From a virus (lineage: Duplodnaviria; Caudoviricetes): a DNA stretch of 59,516 nucleotides. This document shows, one piece after another, positions 34,914 to 43,614 of the stretch. The first letter of the stretch is position 1. Every line of letters starts with the position of its first letter. Location: IMG/VR virus record IMGVR_UViG_3300048837_000161, positions 1 to 59,516 of that record. The stretch is one strand, 5' to 3'. The translations under genes were made by a program, and so were the position numbers. The notes beneath the pieces were generated by a model. The model was given only the letters and a program-made list of their open reading frames with translations, was not told where the DNA came from and did no database searches.

Positions 34914-35283
34914 TGGGCGTCACGTCGATGATGTTCTCGCGGGAACCCTTCACGTCCAAGTTCCGCTCGGGTCGGGTGGGGAACACGATCTGGATCATGG
35001 GGAGGCTGTCGAGGCTGTTGACTTGTGTGATGGGTGCGGACTCCAAGCGACCGACCTTCTGCAAGGACTTGATCCACTCCAGGCGCTGGGCTGGGGTGAG
35101 GGTGGGCGACATCTGGCGCATCACCACGTTCTGCTCGTACCACAACATGCGGGCGTACCCCGAGGCGTTCTCGGGGTCTTCTGCCATCTCCATCAACGCG
35201 GCGGGCGACACCCCTGCGGGGAGAAGCGCAGAGACGGCATCGTCTGGGGTTGTGGTTTCGAGGTCGGTGTCTTCGGCGGACAT
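34906..35283 (-). CDS. Putative terminase small subunit
   Basis: 125 aa overlapping the terL start; C-terminal 'NIIDVTP'; first gene of the late arm. Confidence 0.6.
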   Translation of the reverse strand: MSAEDTDLETTTPDDAVSALLPAGVSPAALMEMAEDPENASGYARMLWYEQNVVMRQMSPTLTPAQRLEWIKSLQKVGRLESAPITQVNSLDSLPMIQIVFPTRPERNLDVKGSRENIIDVTPNE

Positions 35284-35305
35284 GGGTGCGTGGTGGATGT
35301 AAACG

Positions 35306-35321
35306 TGTTTAGGGTGTAGCA
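35306..35321. promoter_or_regulatory. 16-bp TGYT-N8-ARCA site
   Basis: TGTTTAGGGTGTAGCA, 22 nt upstream of the terS ATG. Confidence 0.65.
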
Positions 35322-35993
35322 CGTTTTGGGGTTTGGGGCAAGGTGGGGTTTGCGCGCGAACTCGCGTTGTGGCGGGGTGGCTGACGGGATGGTGTAACGA
35401 AGTTTACAACTAGCTCATTTTTTGCCGGGCGATGTGAGCGAAACCTTGAGCGTGGGCCGGGGTGGCCGCGCCCTGGGCCCACCGCCCCACCCCTTGACAC
35501 CTCGCCACCTTTGCAGGACGGGCACCGAGTAGCAGCTAGACGCGGCGCCACTTGTGCAGCCCCGAGCGATTGGGGGCTCTGGTAGAGCTTGCCAGCGTAA
35601 GACCGCCATGCGGCTGCTGATTGGGCGAAACCGTGCGGGGAGTATTCCGCGGGCTCTCATGAAGACGTAGGGGGTGGTACGGGCACGCAAAACAGGCGTG
35701 TGCAGCCCCGGCCTTAGGAATTGCTCGCGGCGCGATACAGCGCGTCGCAGGGTACGGCACGAGATGTGCGCCGGGTGGGTGGTTCCCTTCGGCAAGTGGG
35801 TGGGGTGGTTCCCATTCGTCCCCGAAAGCCACGACGCTACCAAGCGGGCGTGGCCGAAAACGACAAGCAAACCGAGAAGGACCGACAAGCAAGCACAAAG
35901 CGCAAGGCTCGAAACCTGCGCCCATAGTGCACGCTGTCCGGTCTCCTTCTTCAAGGGCATGCATCCCGCGTGTCCTGGTTCAAGGAGATCATC

Positions 35994-36536
35994 ATGGCAC
36001 TCATCGCCAAAGCTGTCCTGTCGTCGCGCATCGAAACCGTCCGCAAGTCCAAGGCCGCGCTTCGTGCCGATATCCAAGAAGTCCTAGTGTCCGTGGCCTA
36101 TCAGGCCGCGCTCGGAAACCCGAACTACGCCAACGACCTGTTGGAGGCCGTCCGCGACACGATCAACATTCACGGTGTCACGCGGTGGTTGGAGACCTAC
36201 GCCCCGCTCGTGGTGCGCAAGGACGCCTTCGTCATCAACAAGGGCATGGCCAAGACCATGCACGTCACCTGCGAAGCTGACTTCGCCGAGTACGAAGCCG
36301 AGATGCGCAAGGTGAATTGGTGGGATATGGCGCCGGCCCAGAAGGCGGTCAGCATGTTCGCCGCCGACGAGTACATCGAAAATGCGTTCGAGCGCATGGC
36401 TACCAAACTCAACAAGGAGGGCGACCCCGATCTGGCGGCGGCACTGCGCGCCCTGCTGCCCGAGCTGTACAGCACCGAGGCTTGGAAGAAGATGCGCGAA
36501 GCGCACGACGCGATGAAGGTCGACGCGCCGATCTAA
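35994..36536 (+). CDS. First early-arm protein, function unknown
   Basis: AAGGAG RBS before ATG 35994; 180 aa with phage-like codon usage. Confidence 0.75.
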   Translation: MALIAKAVLSSRIETVRKSKAALRADIQEVLVSVAYQAALGNPNYANDLLEAVRDTINIHGVTRWLETYAPLVVRKDAFVINKGMAKTMHVTCEADFAEYEAEMRKVNWWDMAPAQKAVSMFAADEYIENAFERMATKLNKEGDPDLAAALRALLPELYSTEAWKKMREAHDAMKVDAPI

Positions 36537-36699
36537 CCCACTGAGACCCCAAACCCCGCCCATCGACGAGGTGGGCAGTAGTGTGTGGTTTCCTGCTGGC
36601 CTAACCTTCGAGCGGTTCGTGGCGATGGTCAACGTGGCGCACGAGCAGTACGCCATCCTGCCGGACTGAGACTCCTGCCGAGCTGGGTGTTACGGCACC

Positions 36700-37470
36700 C
36701 AGTCGAGAGGGTTTTCTTTACATGTAAACCCCGATAGCCAAAAACTACCGGGGGTGGTGGGTCTGCGATAGTTTTTCGATATCGCTACCACTTTACCATT
36801 TTACCGCTTTTTTAAGTGTATCAAAACCTACAATGTAAGGTTTGATACAGGATGGTGTGGGCGGCACCCTGCCCGAGCGCCGACAGGCGCGAGAACGGCA
36901 TATCAATACCGGATTTCGACAAGGGCAGCTACCGCAACCGAAGTTTACACGTTCGCCACCCCCAGTAACGGCAAGGGTTGTAGCTGTATCTATTACCATT
37001 ATACCAAAAATACATATAAAATAACATACATACACCTTTTGAAATCTTTTGCCTGTAAACTTTTTGCTGCGGTGCAGCATCCCGGCACCCGCTGGCGAAC
37101 GTGTAAACGTCAGTGCCCTCTATTTTTCGGTGTATATCTGGTAATGATCACCTTCAGCCCAGTGCTGGCGCGGGTTTGAATTTTACCACCTCAAAAGCGC
37201 CTTTGGTAAAGTCGTAGAGTTGTGCTGTTCCCCGGGTAGCGATACACCCCACCCACGACATCCTGTAAACCCCTATGTTTACACCAAGCCCCACCCCCGG
37301 TGCTGTAAACCGCACCCAACCCATCCTGTAAACATTAGCCCTTCCCTATATTTACACTGTAAACCTACCCACCCCCGGTGCTGTAAACCGCACCCATAGA
37401 CGCAGTGTGCGGACCTTATCCGCCCATAAGCACAATCAATCACCCCTCATTTGTTTACACGTTAGCATCC
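36700..37470. other. Putative replication origin / control region
   Basis: AT-rich core (~36990-37065) between a perfect 16-bp inverted repeat (36943-36958 / 37093-37108); many TGTAAAC/GTTTACA and TTACCA/TGGTAA words; no credible ORF. Confidence 0.55.
37290..37396 (+). repeat. Two identical 29-bp direct repeats, 78-bp period
   Basis: CCCACCCCCGGTGCTGTAAACCGCACCCA at 37290-37318 and 37368-37396. Confidence 0.9.
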
Positions 37471-37515
37471 TCACAGGTGCCGTCCCCCGCAGCCCAACCC
37501 GCTTTTCCCTAAACA
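37452..37515. promoter_or_regulatory. Two 16-bp sites upstream of the early small-gene array
   Basis: TGTTTACACGTTAGCA (37452) and CGCTTTTCCCTAAACA (37500, one mismatch). Confidence 0.55.
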
Positions 37516-37524
37516 GGTGCCGTC

Positions 37525-37734
37525 ATGTCCGACAAAGTGTTTGTCCTCTGGTGCGAAGGTACGCTTTTCTGCGACCACTTCTTCCCAACCACTGATGCCG
37601 CCAGCGAGTGGGCGAAGCGAAACACCGACGCCGAGCTGTTCCTAATCAAAGACTCCCTCGACCAACAGTGCTTGTCCGAAGACCCCGACACCCCGCTTTA
37701 CCCCATCCACTTCATCGCCCTCACCCAACCCTAA
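37525..37734 (+). CDS. Small early protein (69 aa)
   Basis: Preceded by the CAGGTGCCGTC-ATG linker; ends inside the next linker (QP*). Confidence 0.65.
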   Translation: MSDKVFVLWCEGTLFCDHFFPTTDAASEWAKRNTDAELFLIKDSLDQQCLSEDPDTPLYPIHFIALTQP

Positions 37735-37957
37735 TCAGGTGCCGTCATGCCCAAGCAAACCGCCTACCTCGTCGTCAACGCATACGACGCTGAATCCCCC
37801 ACACCCGTGCGGCTATACGACAACCGCGACGCGGCCGAGCGGCACGCGGCGCACCTCAACAGGCACCTCGGCGCGGACGAAGACGATCTCGACTTCGAGG
37901 TGTGGGAAGAGCCCGTGCTTTCCGAGTTCCAACCCTAATCAGGTGCCGTCATGCCCA
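37725..37957 (+). repeat. Identical 29-bp stop/RBS/start linkers
   Basis: CCAACCCTAATCAGGTGCCGTCATGCCCA at 37725-37753 and 37929-37957; partial copies at 37473-37484 and 37507-37527. Confidence 0.9.
37747..37938 (+). CDS. Small acidic early protein (63 aa)
   Basis: Exactly bracketed by the two 29-bp linkers. Confidence 0.7.
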   Translation: MPKQTAYLVVNAYDAESPTPVRLYDNRDAAERHAAHLNRHLGADEDDLDFEVWEEPVLSEFQP

Positions 37958-38088
37958 CCACGCCCCCGCGCTTCGACCCCGACAAACTCCTCCGCTCGCT
38001 CATCCCACCCTCGGCGGGCGAAGCCCTTGCCCTCGTCGTTCTGGTGGCGCTCGTCGCCACCCTGATCTTCCTCCCCGCAATCCTCTAA
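37951..38088 (+). CDS. 45-aa single-TM membrane peptide (not in ORF track)
   Basis: MPTTPPRFDPDKLLRSLIPPSAGEALALVVLVALVATLIFLPAIL; starts in the linker. Confidence 0.65.
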   Translation: MPTTPPRFDPDKLLRSLIPPSAGEALALVVLVALVATLIFLPAIL

Positions 38089-38092
38089 CCAA

Positions 38093-40507
38093 GTGGAGCC
38101 CATCATGACCTACGACAGCACCACCCAAGCCCAGCCCGTCATGCTCGACGGCACCGAATTAAAGATCGGCGACGAGGTGATCGTCGCCAGGAAACCCGAG
38201 AACCCCGCGAACGACGACCTGTGGAACTACCTGATGGTGCCGTGCTTCGCCCGCCCCGCCTCGGTGGTGGAGGTTTCGATCCAATCCGGTGACATGACTC
38301 AATACAGGCAACCCCTGGTTCGTGCCCGTGTCGTCCTGGAAAGTGGAGAAACGCAGTCGTGGTGGTTCCGCCTCTCCGAGCTGGAGCGCGTCCGCACCCA
38401 TCATCACCGCCCCCGTGCCGAACCCGACACCCCGACCGAGTTCCCCAACCTCGTCCGCACCAACGAAACCACCGGCCCCGGCATGCTGCACCCGGCATGC
38501 TGCACCACCCGCACCACACCCTACAACACCGCCTTCCTCGTCAACGAGCAGCGTCTATGCCACTATGAGCTGTCCCTTCGCCCCGGCTACGCCGCCTACC
38601 TGACCCAACAGGAAGCCGAGCAGGCCCAGAAAGCCCGCCGTGAGCGGTTCATCGAGTGGCGCGACGACCGCGCGTACAAGCGCAACCAGTTCCTTCGCCA
38701 AATCCGCGCCAAACTCACCACCCACCCCTTCGCCAACACCAAGAAGGGAAGCATCAACTGGCGCCAGTGCAGCGTGTTCGACCGGAGCTACTACACCAAC
38801 AGCTTCAAGCAGCAAAACCACGCCGGCCGCACCGCAGCCAAGATCGTCGGCAAACTTGTGGGGCACTTCCACTCCTCGCCCAACAAACAGCGCCCCCTCC
38901 CCGACGATGACGTCTTCGCGCTGCTGCGCTACACCCTGACGGGCTCCCTACCGTTCGCGGCGAAGGACGCCCTTGACGCCCGCACCGACCAAGCGGGTGC
39001 CGCATACCGCGCATACGCCGCGTCGCGGCGCAAAATCACCCACACTGGCGAGTGGCAGCGAGTCCCGTGGGACCTTCAGGCGTGGTTCGCAAGGAACGAA
39101 GCTGCGGGCGACCGGCTCCCGCACATCAGCGTCGTCAACCCGCAGGAGGTGGCGTACTACCAGAGCGTCGACAAGCTCATCCGGGGTATCGAGACCCGGA
39201 CCAAGCCGGGGCGGTTCCTTGCGAAGTTCTTCCCCAGCCTCACGCCGGACGAGGTGCGTCAGTATGCCAACGACTACCTCGTGGCGACCGCACCCAAACA
39301 GCTTCACTTTGCTCGTACCGAGGACGAGATCATCACCGCGATCGACGAGGGGCCGAGCGAGAGCTGCCAGACGCGGGGTTACTACGACAAGTCGCCCGAC
39401 GAGAGCCCTTGGTACGCTGGGCACATCCACCCCGCAGCGTGCTACGCGTCTGGAGATTTCGAGGTGGCGTACATCACGGACAACAACAAGCCCGCAAGCA
39501 TCGTCGACCTCCACGCTGATGCCCAGCGCATCACGGCACGGGCGATCTGCAACGCCAAGGACAAGACGGTGGCGCGCATTTACGGTGACGCAGCGAAGAT
39601 GCTGCCGCTTCTCACCAGTGCCGGGTACACCCAGGTCGAGCGGGCGTTGGTCGGGTGCCGCCTGCTGAAGATCGAGAACGAGGAGGGCTCGGGGTGGATC
39701 ATGCCGTATGTCGATGCGGGTATCGGCTCGGGTGGTGGCTCGCTCGATGTGGATGACTACTATGACTCCGGCAAGTCCTACTGGCTGCTCGTCCGCCCGG
39801 ACGCCGGGGATTACTGCACCTACGAGGGTTATGACAAGAGGGGGGTGCTGGACGCCGAGGAAGAACGCCACCGCTGCCCCCGGTGCAACGCCCTCCACGA
39901 CGACGAGGATGACATCCACTACTCGGACTACGAGGAAACACACCACTGCTCCGAGTGTGATGGCGACTTCGTCAGCGCCGTTACGTCGCGGACCCGCTAC
40001 GGAGGCGACAACTACGACATGGTGCTGATCGACAACGCCATCCAGATCGACGGGGAGTGGTACGCCAACGACGACAACCTACTTACCCGGTGCGGGTTCG
40101 TGCAGTGCATCCACTGCGACGAGTGGACAAGCCTCGACAACACAACCACGACGGACAGCGGGCTGGTGTGCAGCAACTGCGACGACGAGCTGGTCGAGCT
40201 TGCCGAAGAGTCACCCGATGGTAACGAGTACGGCTACCTCCCGGACTGCACGCAGTACGTCAACACGGAGACGGGTGAGACGGTGTGGCTCGACGACAAC
40301 ACGGACGTGGACAACTTCACCACGGAGGACGACGCCCCGAAGTACGTGAGCCTCGATGTGTGGCGCGAGATGCAGCAGCGCCAGGAGTCGTTCGAGTTCG
40401 TTGGTCCGCCCAAGCACAACCCGGTAGCGATCGTCACACACCTCGCCACACGGTTCGACCCGATCCCCTGGCAGTCCGAGCCAGTCTTCGACGACCTTCG
40501 CATCTAA
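38093..40507 (+). CDS. Large early protein with C-terminal CxxC zinc-ribbon repeats
   Basis: About 800 aa (likely ATG 38105); 'TKPGRFLAKFF', 'ARAIC...RIYGD', 'PYVD'; CPRC, CSEC, CIHC, CSNC. Confidence 0.75.
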   Translation: MEPIMTYDSTTQAQPVMLDGTELKIGDEVIVARKPENPANDDLWNYLMVPCFARPASVVEVSIQSGDMTQYRQPLVRARVVLESGETQSWWFRLSELERVRTHHHRPRAEPDTPTEFPNLVRTNETTGPGMLHPACCTTRTTPYNTAFLVNEQRLCHYELSLRPGYAAYLTQQEAEQAQKARRERFIEWRDDRAYKRNQFLRQIRAKLTTHPFANTKKGSINWRQCSVFDRSYYTNSFKQQNHAGRTAAKIVGKLVGHFHSSPNKQRPLPDDDVFALLRYTLTGSLPFAAKDALDARTDQAGAAYRAYAASRRKITHTGEWQRVPWDLQAWFARNEAAGDRLPHISVVNPQEVAYYQSVDKLIRGIETRTKPGRFLAKFFPSLTPDEVRQYANDYLVATAPKQLHFARTEDEIITAIDEGPSESCQTRGYYDKSPDESPWYAGHIHPAACYASGDFEVAYITDNNKPASIVDLHADAQRITARAICNAKDKTVARIYGDAAKMLPLLTSAGYTQVERALVGCRLLKIENEEGSGWIMPYVDAGIGSGGGSLDVDDYYDSGKSYWLLVRPDAGDYCTYEGYDKRGVLDAEEERHRCPRCNALHDDEDDIHYSDYEETHHCSECDGDFVSAVTSRTRYGGDNYDMVLIDNAIQIDGEWYANDDNLLTRCGFVQCIHCDEWTSLDNTTTTDSGLVCSNCDDELVELAEESPDGNEYGYLPDCTQYVNTETGETVWLDDNTDVDNFTTEDDAPKYVSLDVWREMQQRQESFEFVGPPKHNPVAIVTHLATRFDPIPWQSEPVFDDLRI

Positions 40508-40509
40508 CC

Positions 40510-40560
40510 CGCTACGCCCTAAGCACGCCATCACCCCGGTGGCGTGCTAACACCTAAACA
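40510..40560. promoter_or_regulatory. Two 16-bp sites joined by an inverted repeat
   Basis: CGCTACGCCCTAAGCA (40510) and TGCTAACACCTAAACA (40545), with an AGCACGCCA...TGGCGTGCT stem overlapping both. Confidence 0.6.
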
Positions 40561-40575
40561 CAAAGAGGGACTATC

Positions 40576-41628
40576 ATGTTCGACCCAGCGCAACAGCACG
40601 CCCAACAGATCGACAACGACGTGAAGAACATCCTCACGATCCTATCCACCCAACGCAAGGCGGGCACCCCGGAGGAAGAAGCCTTCGTCGCCAAGCACAT
40701 CCTCCCACTGGAGAATCACCCTCACACCACACAATTCAGCCAGGACTCATACGGCAACGTGTTCGTCGAAGTGTGTGGCGGTAGCGACAAGCTGTTCACG
40801 GCGCACACCGACATGATCGTGATCCCCAACACCACGCAGAAGGTGCTGTACGACGCGAACCTCATGCTGGCCTACACCGACGGGTGCACCCTCGGTGCCG
40901 ACGACGGGGCGGGGGTGTGGCTGCTGATGGAGATGCTCGACGCCGGGGTGCCGTGCTGGCTGGCGTTCTTCAGGGCAGAAGAAGTGGGCGGCTTGGGTTC
41001 GTCGTTTGCTGCCAAGGACAACCCCGAGTTCTTCAAGACGTTCACGCACTGCATCAGTTTCGATCGGCGGGGCACGGGTGACGTGATCACCCACCAGTCG
41101 TGGGGCAGGTGTTGCAGTGACGAGCTGGCCGCGCACCTATCATCAGCGCTCAACGACCACGGGCTCGACTACCGACCCAACGATGGTGGCATCTTCACCG
41201 ACAGCGCGAACTTCACCGACCTCATCGCGGAGTGCCTGAACCTCAGTTGTGGCTACATCCACGAGCATCATGCCGAAGAAGAACTCGACGTCGACCACCT
41301 GCTCCGGCTGCGCGATGCGCTGGTGAAGATCGACTGGACCACCATGCCGGTGAAGCGCGAGCCCGGTGAGGACGACTTCAAGTACGACTACTCGTGGCTC
41401 AACTACCGCAACTTCAACAAGGGGTTCGCCAGCGACACCCCGCACTGGAGCAAGAAGACCACCACCCGCAAACCCGCCGTCACTGTCGACGACCTGTACG
41501 ACATGGACCACACCGACCTTGTGGACGCCATGATCGAAGACCCCGAGGCGATGGCCGACGCCATCTGGGACTTGCTGTGCGCTGGCGCACAACCGATCGA
41601 CTTCGACCCGGAAGACGGGATCAACTGA
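40576..41628 (+). CDS. M28/M20-family zinc peptidase
   Basis: 'FTAHTD', 'LGADDGAG', 'RAEEVG', 'SFDRRG', 'FTDS', 'NLSCGY..EH'. Confidence 0.85.
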   Translation: MFDPAQQHAQQIDNDVKNILTILSTQRKAGTPEEEAFVAKHILPLENHPHTTQFSQDSYGNVFVEVCGGSDKLFTAHTDMIVIPNTTQKVLYDANLMLAYTDGCTLGADDGAGVWLLMEMLDAGVPCWLAFFRAEEVGGLGSSFAAKDNPEFFKTFTHCISFDRRGTGDVITHQSWGRCCSDELAAHLSSALNDHGLDYRPNDGGIFTDSANFTDLIAECLNLSCGYIHEHHAEEELDVDHLLRLRDALVKIDWTTMPVKREPGEDDFKYDYSWLNYRNFNKGFASDTPHWSKKTTTRKPAVTVDDLYDMDHTDLVDAMIEDPEAMADAIWDLLCAGAQPIDFDPEDGIN

Positions 41629-41641
41629 CCCAAACCGAACT

Positions 41642-41657
41642 TGTTTAACCCGTAGCA
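41642..41657. promoter_or_regulatory. 16-bp TGYT-N8-ARCA site
   Basis: TGTTTAACCCGTAGCA, intergenic. Confidence 0.6.
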
Positions 41658-41682
41658 CCTACAACCACGAAGGAGAAGCACC

Positions 41683-42111
41683 ATGAAAACCACGATCAAC
41701 ACCTGCATCATGATCACCGTCAACAACCCGAGCGCTGCGGTCATGGAGTACCTCGCCAAGCTGCCGAGCATTGACGCCAACACGGACGTCACCATCGGTT
41801 CCACCCCGGTGCCGGACACCCCGCAGCAATCCACCCGACCCGACCCCCAGGACACCGCGCTGCGCATCGCCAGCGTGGCGGACATCGACAACTACCTGGA
41901 TATCGGCACCGAGGTCCACTGGCGCGGCGCGAAGTTCGTGTTCGACGGGGTGGTGGAGCAGATCAACGACTCGGCACTGGGGGATGAAGACGGCAACGTT
42001 GACGCACTGCTGGATGCCAAAGCCATCTTCATCCGCCGCAACGACACCGACAAGCTGGTGAGCCTGACCCTGCGCGACCTCCAGACCAGCCGCTTGACCC
42101 TCATCGACTGA
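41683..42111 (+). CDS. Hypothetical protein
   Basis: AAGGAG RBS; followed by a GGGGAGGG/CCCTCCCC hairpin. Confidence 0.7.
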   Translation: MKTTINTCIMITVNNPSAAVMEYLAKLPSIDANTDVTIGSTPVPDTPQQSTRPDPQDTALRIASVADIDNYLDIGTEVHWRGAKFVFDGVVEQINDSALGDEDGNVDALLDAKAIFIRRNDTDKLVSLTLRDLQTSRLTLID

Positions 42112-42161
42112 CGACAACCACGGGGGAGGGGTGCCCCTCCCCCACTACGAGGAGAAGCGAG

Positions 42162-42389
42162 ATGATCAACCGCGAGAGCAACCACATACTGGAAATGCAG
42201 TTCAAGACCCTCACCCTGAAGGCCGACAAACTCATCACCGATGTGCAGAACACTGCGTTCGAGGTGGGGTACAACCAAGGCATTGACGACTTGGTGACGT
42301 ACCTGCAAAGGCACGGCGTTGACCTCCCGACAGCAATTGTTGGGCTTCGCGGCAGCGCTGTTTCGCAAATCATTGAGAAAGAGGTGTGA
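42162..42389 (+). CDS. Hypothetical protein
   Basis: AGGAG RBS, operon context. Confidence 0.6.
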   Translation: MINRESNHILEMQFKTLTLKADKLITDVQNTAFEVGYNQGIDDLVTYLQRHGVDLPTAIVGLRGSAVSQIIEKEV

Positions 42390-42691
42390 CCATGACACAA
42401 CGACACAAGCACGCCGACGTGATCATCGCGTGGGCAGAGGGCGCGGAGGTTGAATATCGGAATCTTCCGGGCGCTACATGGGTGAGTGTCGGCACGCCGG
42501 GCTGGTACGAGAACTACGAGTACCGCGTGAAGCCGCCCACCAAGAAGTACCGGGTGGGGTTGTTTAACAACGGCAACAACGGCAACTACTACACGGTAGT
42601 GGCGGATACGCAAGAAGAAGCCGCTTGCTACGTGGACGCCAGCGGCTTCGTCCGCTGGCTCACCGACTGGGTTGAATACGAGGTGCTGTGA
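42386..42691 (+). CDS. Conserved phage hypothetical protein
   Basis: 'HKHADVIIAWAEGAEVEY...P.W....EYRVKP', a frequent phage accessory pattern. Confidence 0.7.
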   Translation: MTMTQRHKHADVIIAWAEGAEVEYRNLPGATWVSVGTPGWYENYEYRVKPPTKKYRVGLFNNGNNGNYYTVVADTQEEAACYVDASGFVRWLTDWVEYEVL

Positions 42692-43071
42692 TCATGACCA
42701 AAGACCAACTGCTCGACGAGCTACGCCAATTCTACGGAACCGAGCACTACTACCGCCACATGCCGGGGCTCGTCATCACCGATGGGGTGAAGTTCCTCGC
42801 CGACAACGCGGGCTGCTACTGGCTGCTCGACATGGTGTGGTCCTACCTGCCCGTGCTGCGCAAGAGCCGCGATACGTTCTTCGTTGTGGTGCTTACCAAG
42901 GAGGGTGTACGCGCCCCCGGTGCGATCTTCAGCATCCAGGACGACATCCCGCCCAACCAGACCTATGCACAGCAAGCCATCGAGTACACCGACTTCCCGC
43001 TCGACGAGATCGTGCTGTACCTGTCGGCCACTGAGGAAGAGTTCGTCCTCATGCTTCGTTCGGAGTATTGA
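42688..43071 (+). CDS. DUF6876-like protein
   Basis: 'LRQFYGTEHYYRH', 'TDGVKFLADNAGCYWLLD', 'IEYTDFPL', C-terminal 'LMLRSEY'. Confidence 0.7.
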   Translation: MIMTKDQLLDELRQFYGTEHYYRHMPGLVITDGVKFLADNAGCYWLLDMVWSYLPVLRKSRDTFFVVVLTKEGVRAPGAIFSIQDDIPPNQTYAQQAIEYTDFPLDEIVLYLSATEEEFVLMLRSEY

Positions 43072-43364
43072 TCATGACCACAATGTACAAGATCAACTGG
43101 CACTACAAGGACAGCGAGCAGACGCAGTTCTCCCACTGTTCAGTGACGCCCATCACCATCGTTAGTGAGGGCATCCTGCCGGGGTGCACTGCGGCTTCGC
43201 CGCGAAACTACTTCGAGACCGAAGCTCAGGCTTGGGGTTGTGTGCGTAAAGGCTTGGCAGCAACGGCCGACGACAGCGAGGCATACATTGCGGACTTGAA
43301 GGCGGAAGTCCTCGCCATTCGAGCCTTCCTCGACACCCTGCCTGCCCAGGAGGATAAGCCATGA
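43068..43364 (+). CDS. Hypothetical protein
   Basis: Coupled to both neighbours. Confidence 0.55.
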   Translation: MIMTTMYKINWHYKDSEQTQFSHCSVTPITIVSEGILPGCTAASPRNYFETEAQAWGCVRKGLAATADDSEAYIADLKAEVLAIRAFLDTLPAQEDKP

Positions 43365-43453
43365 CCACCCTACGCGACCTGTTCTACGGCCTCGCCATAG
43401 TTGTTCTGGTGCTGATCTGCGCCGCCCTTGGGATGAAGATGGAGGATGAGTGA
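43361..43453 (+). CDS. 30-aa single-TM peptide (not in ORF track)
   Basis: MTTLRDLFYGLAIVVLVLICAALGMKMEDE; GGAGG RBS; ATGA/TGATG coupling. Confidence 0.55.
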   Translation: MTTLRDLFYGLAIVVLVLICAALGMKMEDE

Positions 43454-43614
43454 TGGACCTGCAAGACGTGTTGGACAAGCAGTTTGATCGAGCCTGGGAT
43501 GCTGGCGTGCTGGCGGCGTTTGCCGTTGTTGCCGACATGGTTGATCAGCAGGAGCTTCTCGCCGCTATCAAGCGGCGGTTCGTGACTGAGCTTGAAATGA
43601 AGGAGGACGAGTGA
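43453..43614 (+). CDS. 53-aa hypothetical protein (not in ORF track)
   Basis: MDLQDVLDKQFDRAWDAGV...MKEDE; TGATG coupling at both ends. Confidence 0.55.
   Translation: MDLQDVLDKQFDRAWDAGVLAAFAVVADMVDQQELLAAIKRRFVTELEMKEDE

Noticed and set aside
35610-35635. Hammerhead-like CTGAT...GAAAC
   Set aside because: The core is CTGATTG rather than CTGANGA, and there is no room for stem II.
35895-35925. tRNA T-arm-like GCAGGTTTCGAGCCTTGC on the minus strand
   Set aside because: No acceptor stem, D-arm or anticodon arm can be built around it.
37290-37957. CRISPR array suggested by pairs of 29-bp repeats
   Set aside because: Only two copies of each repeat. One pair encloses a 175-nt coding segment and the other a 49-nt segment made of related words. 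No cas operon; the Cas4-like gene is an ordinary phage exonuclease.
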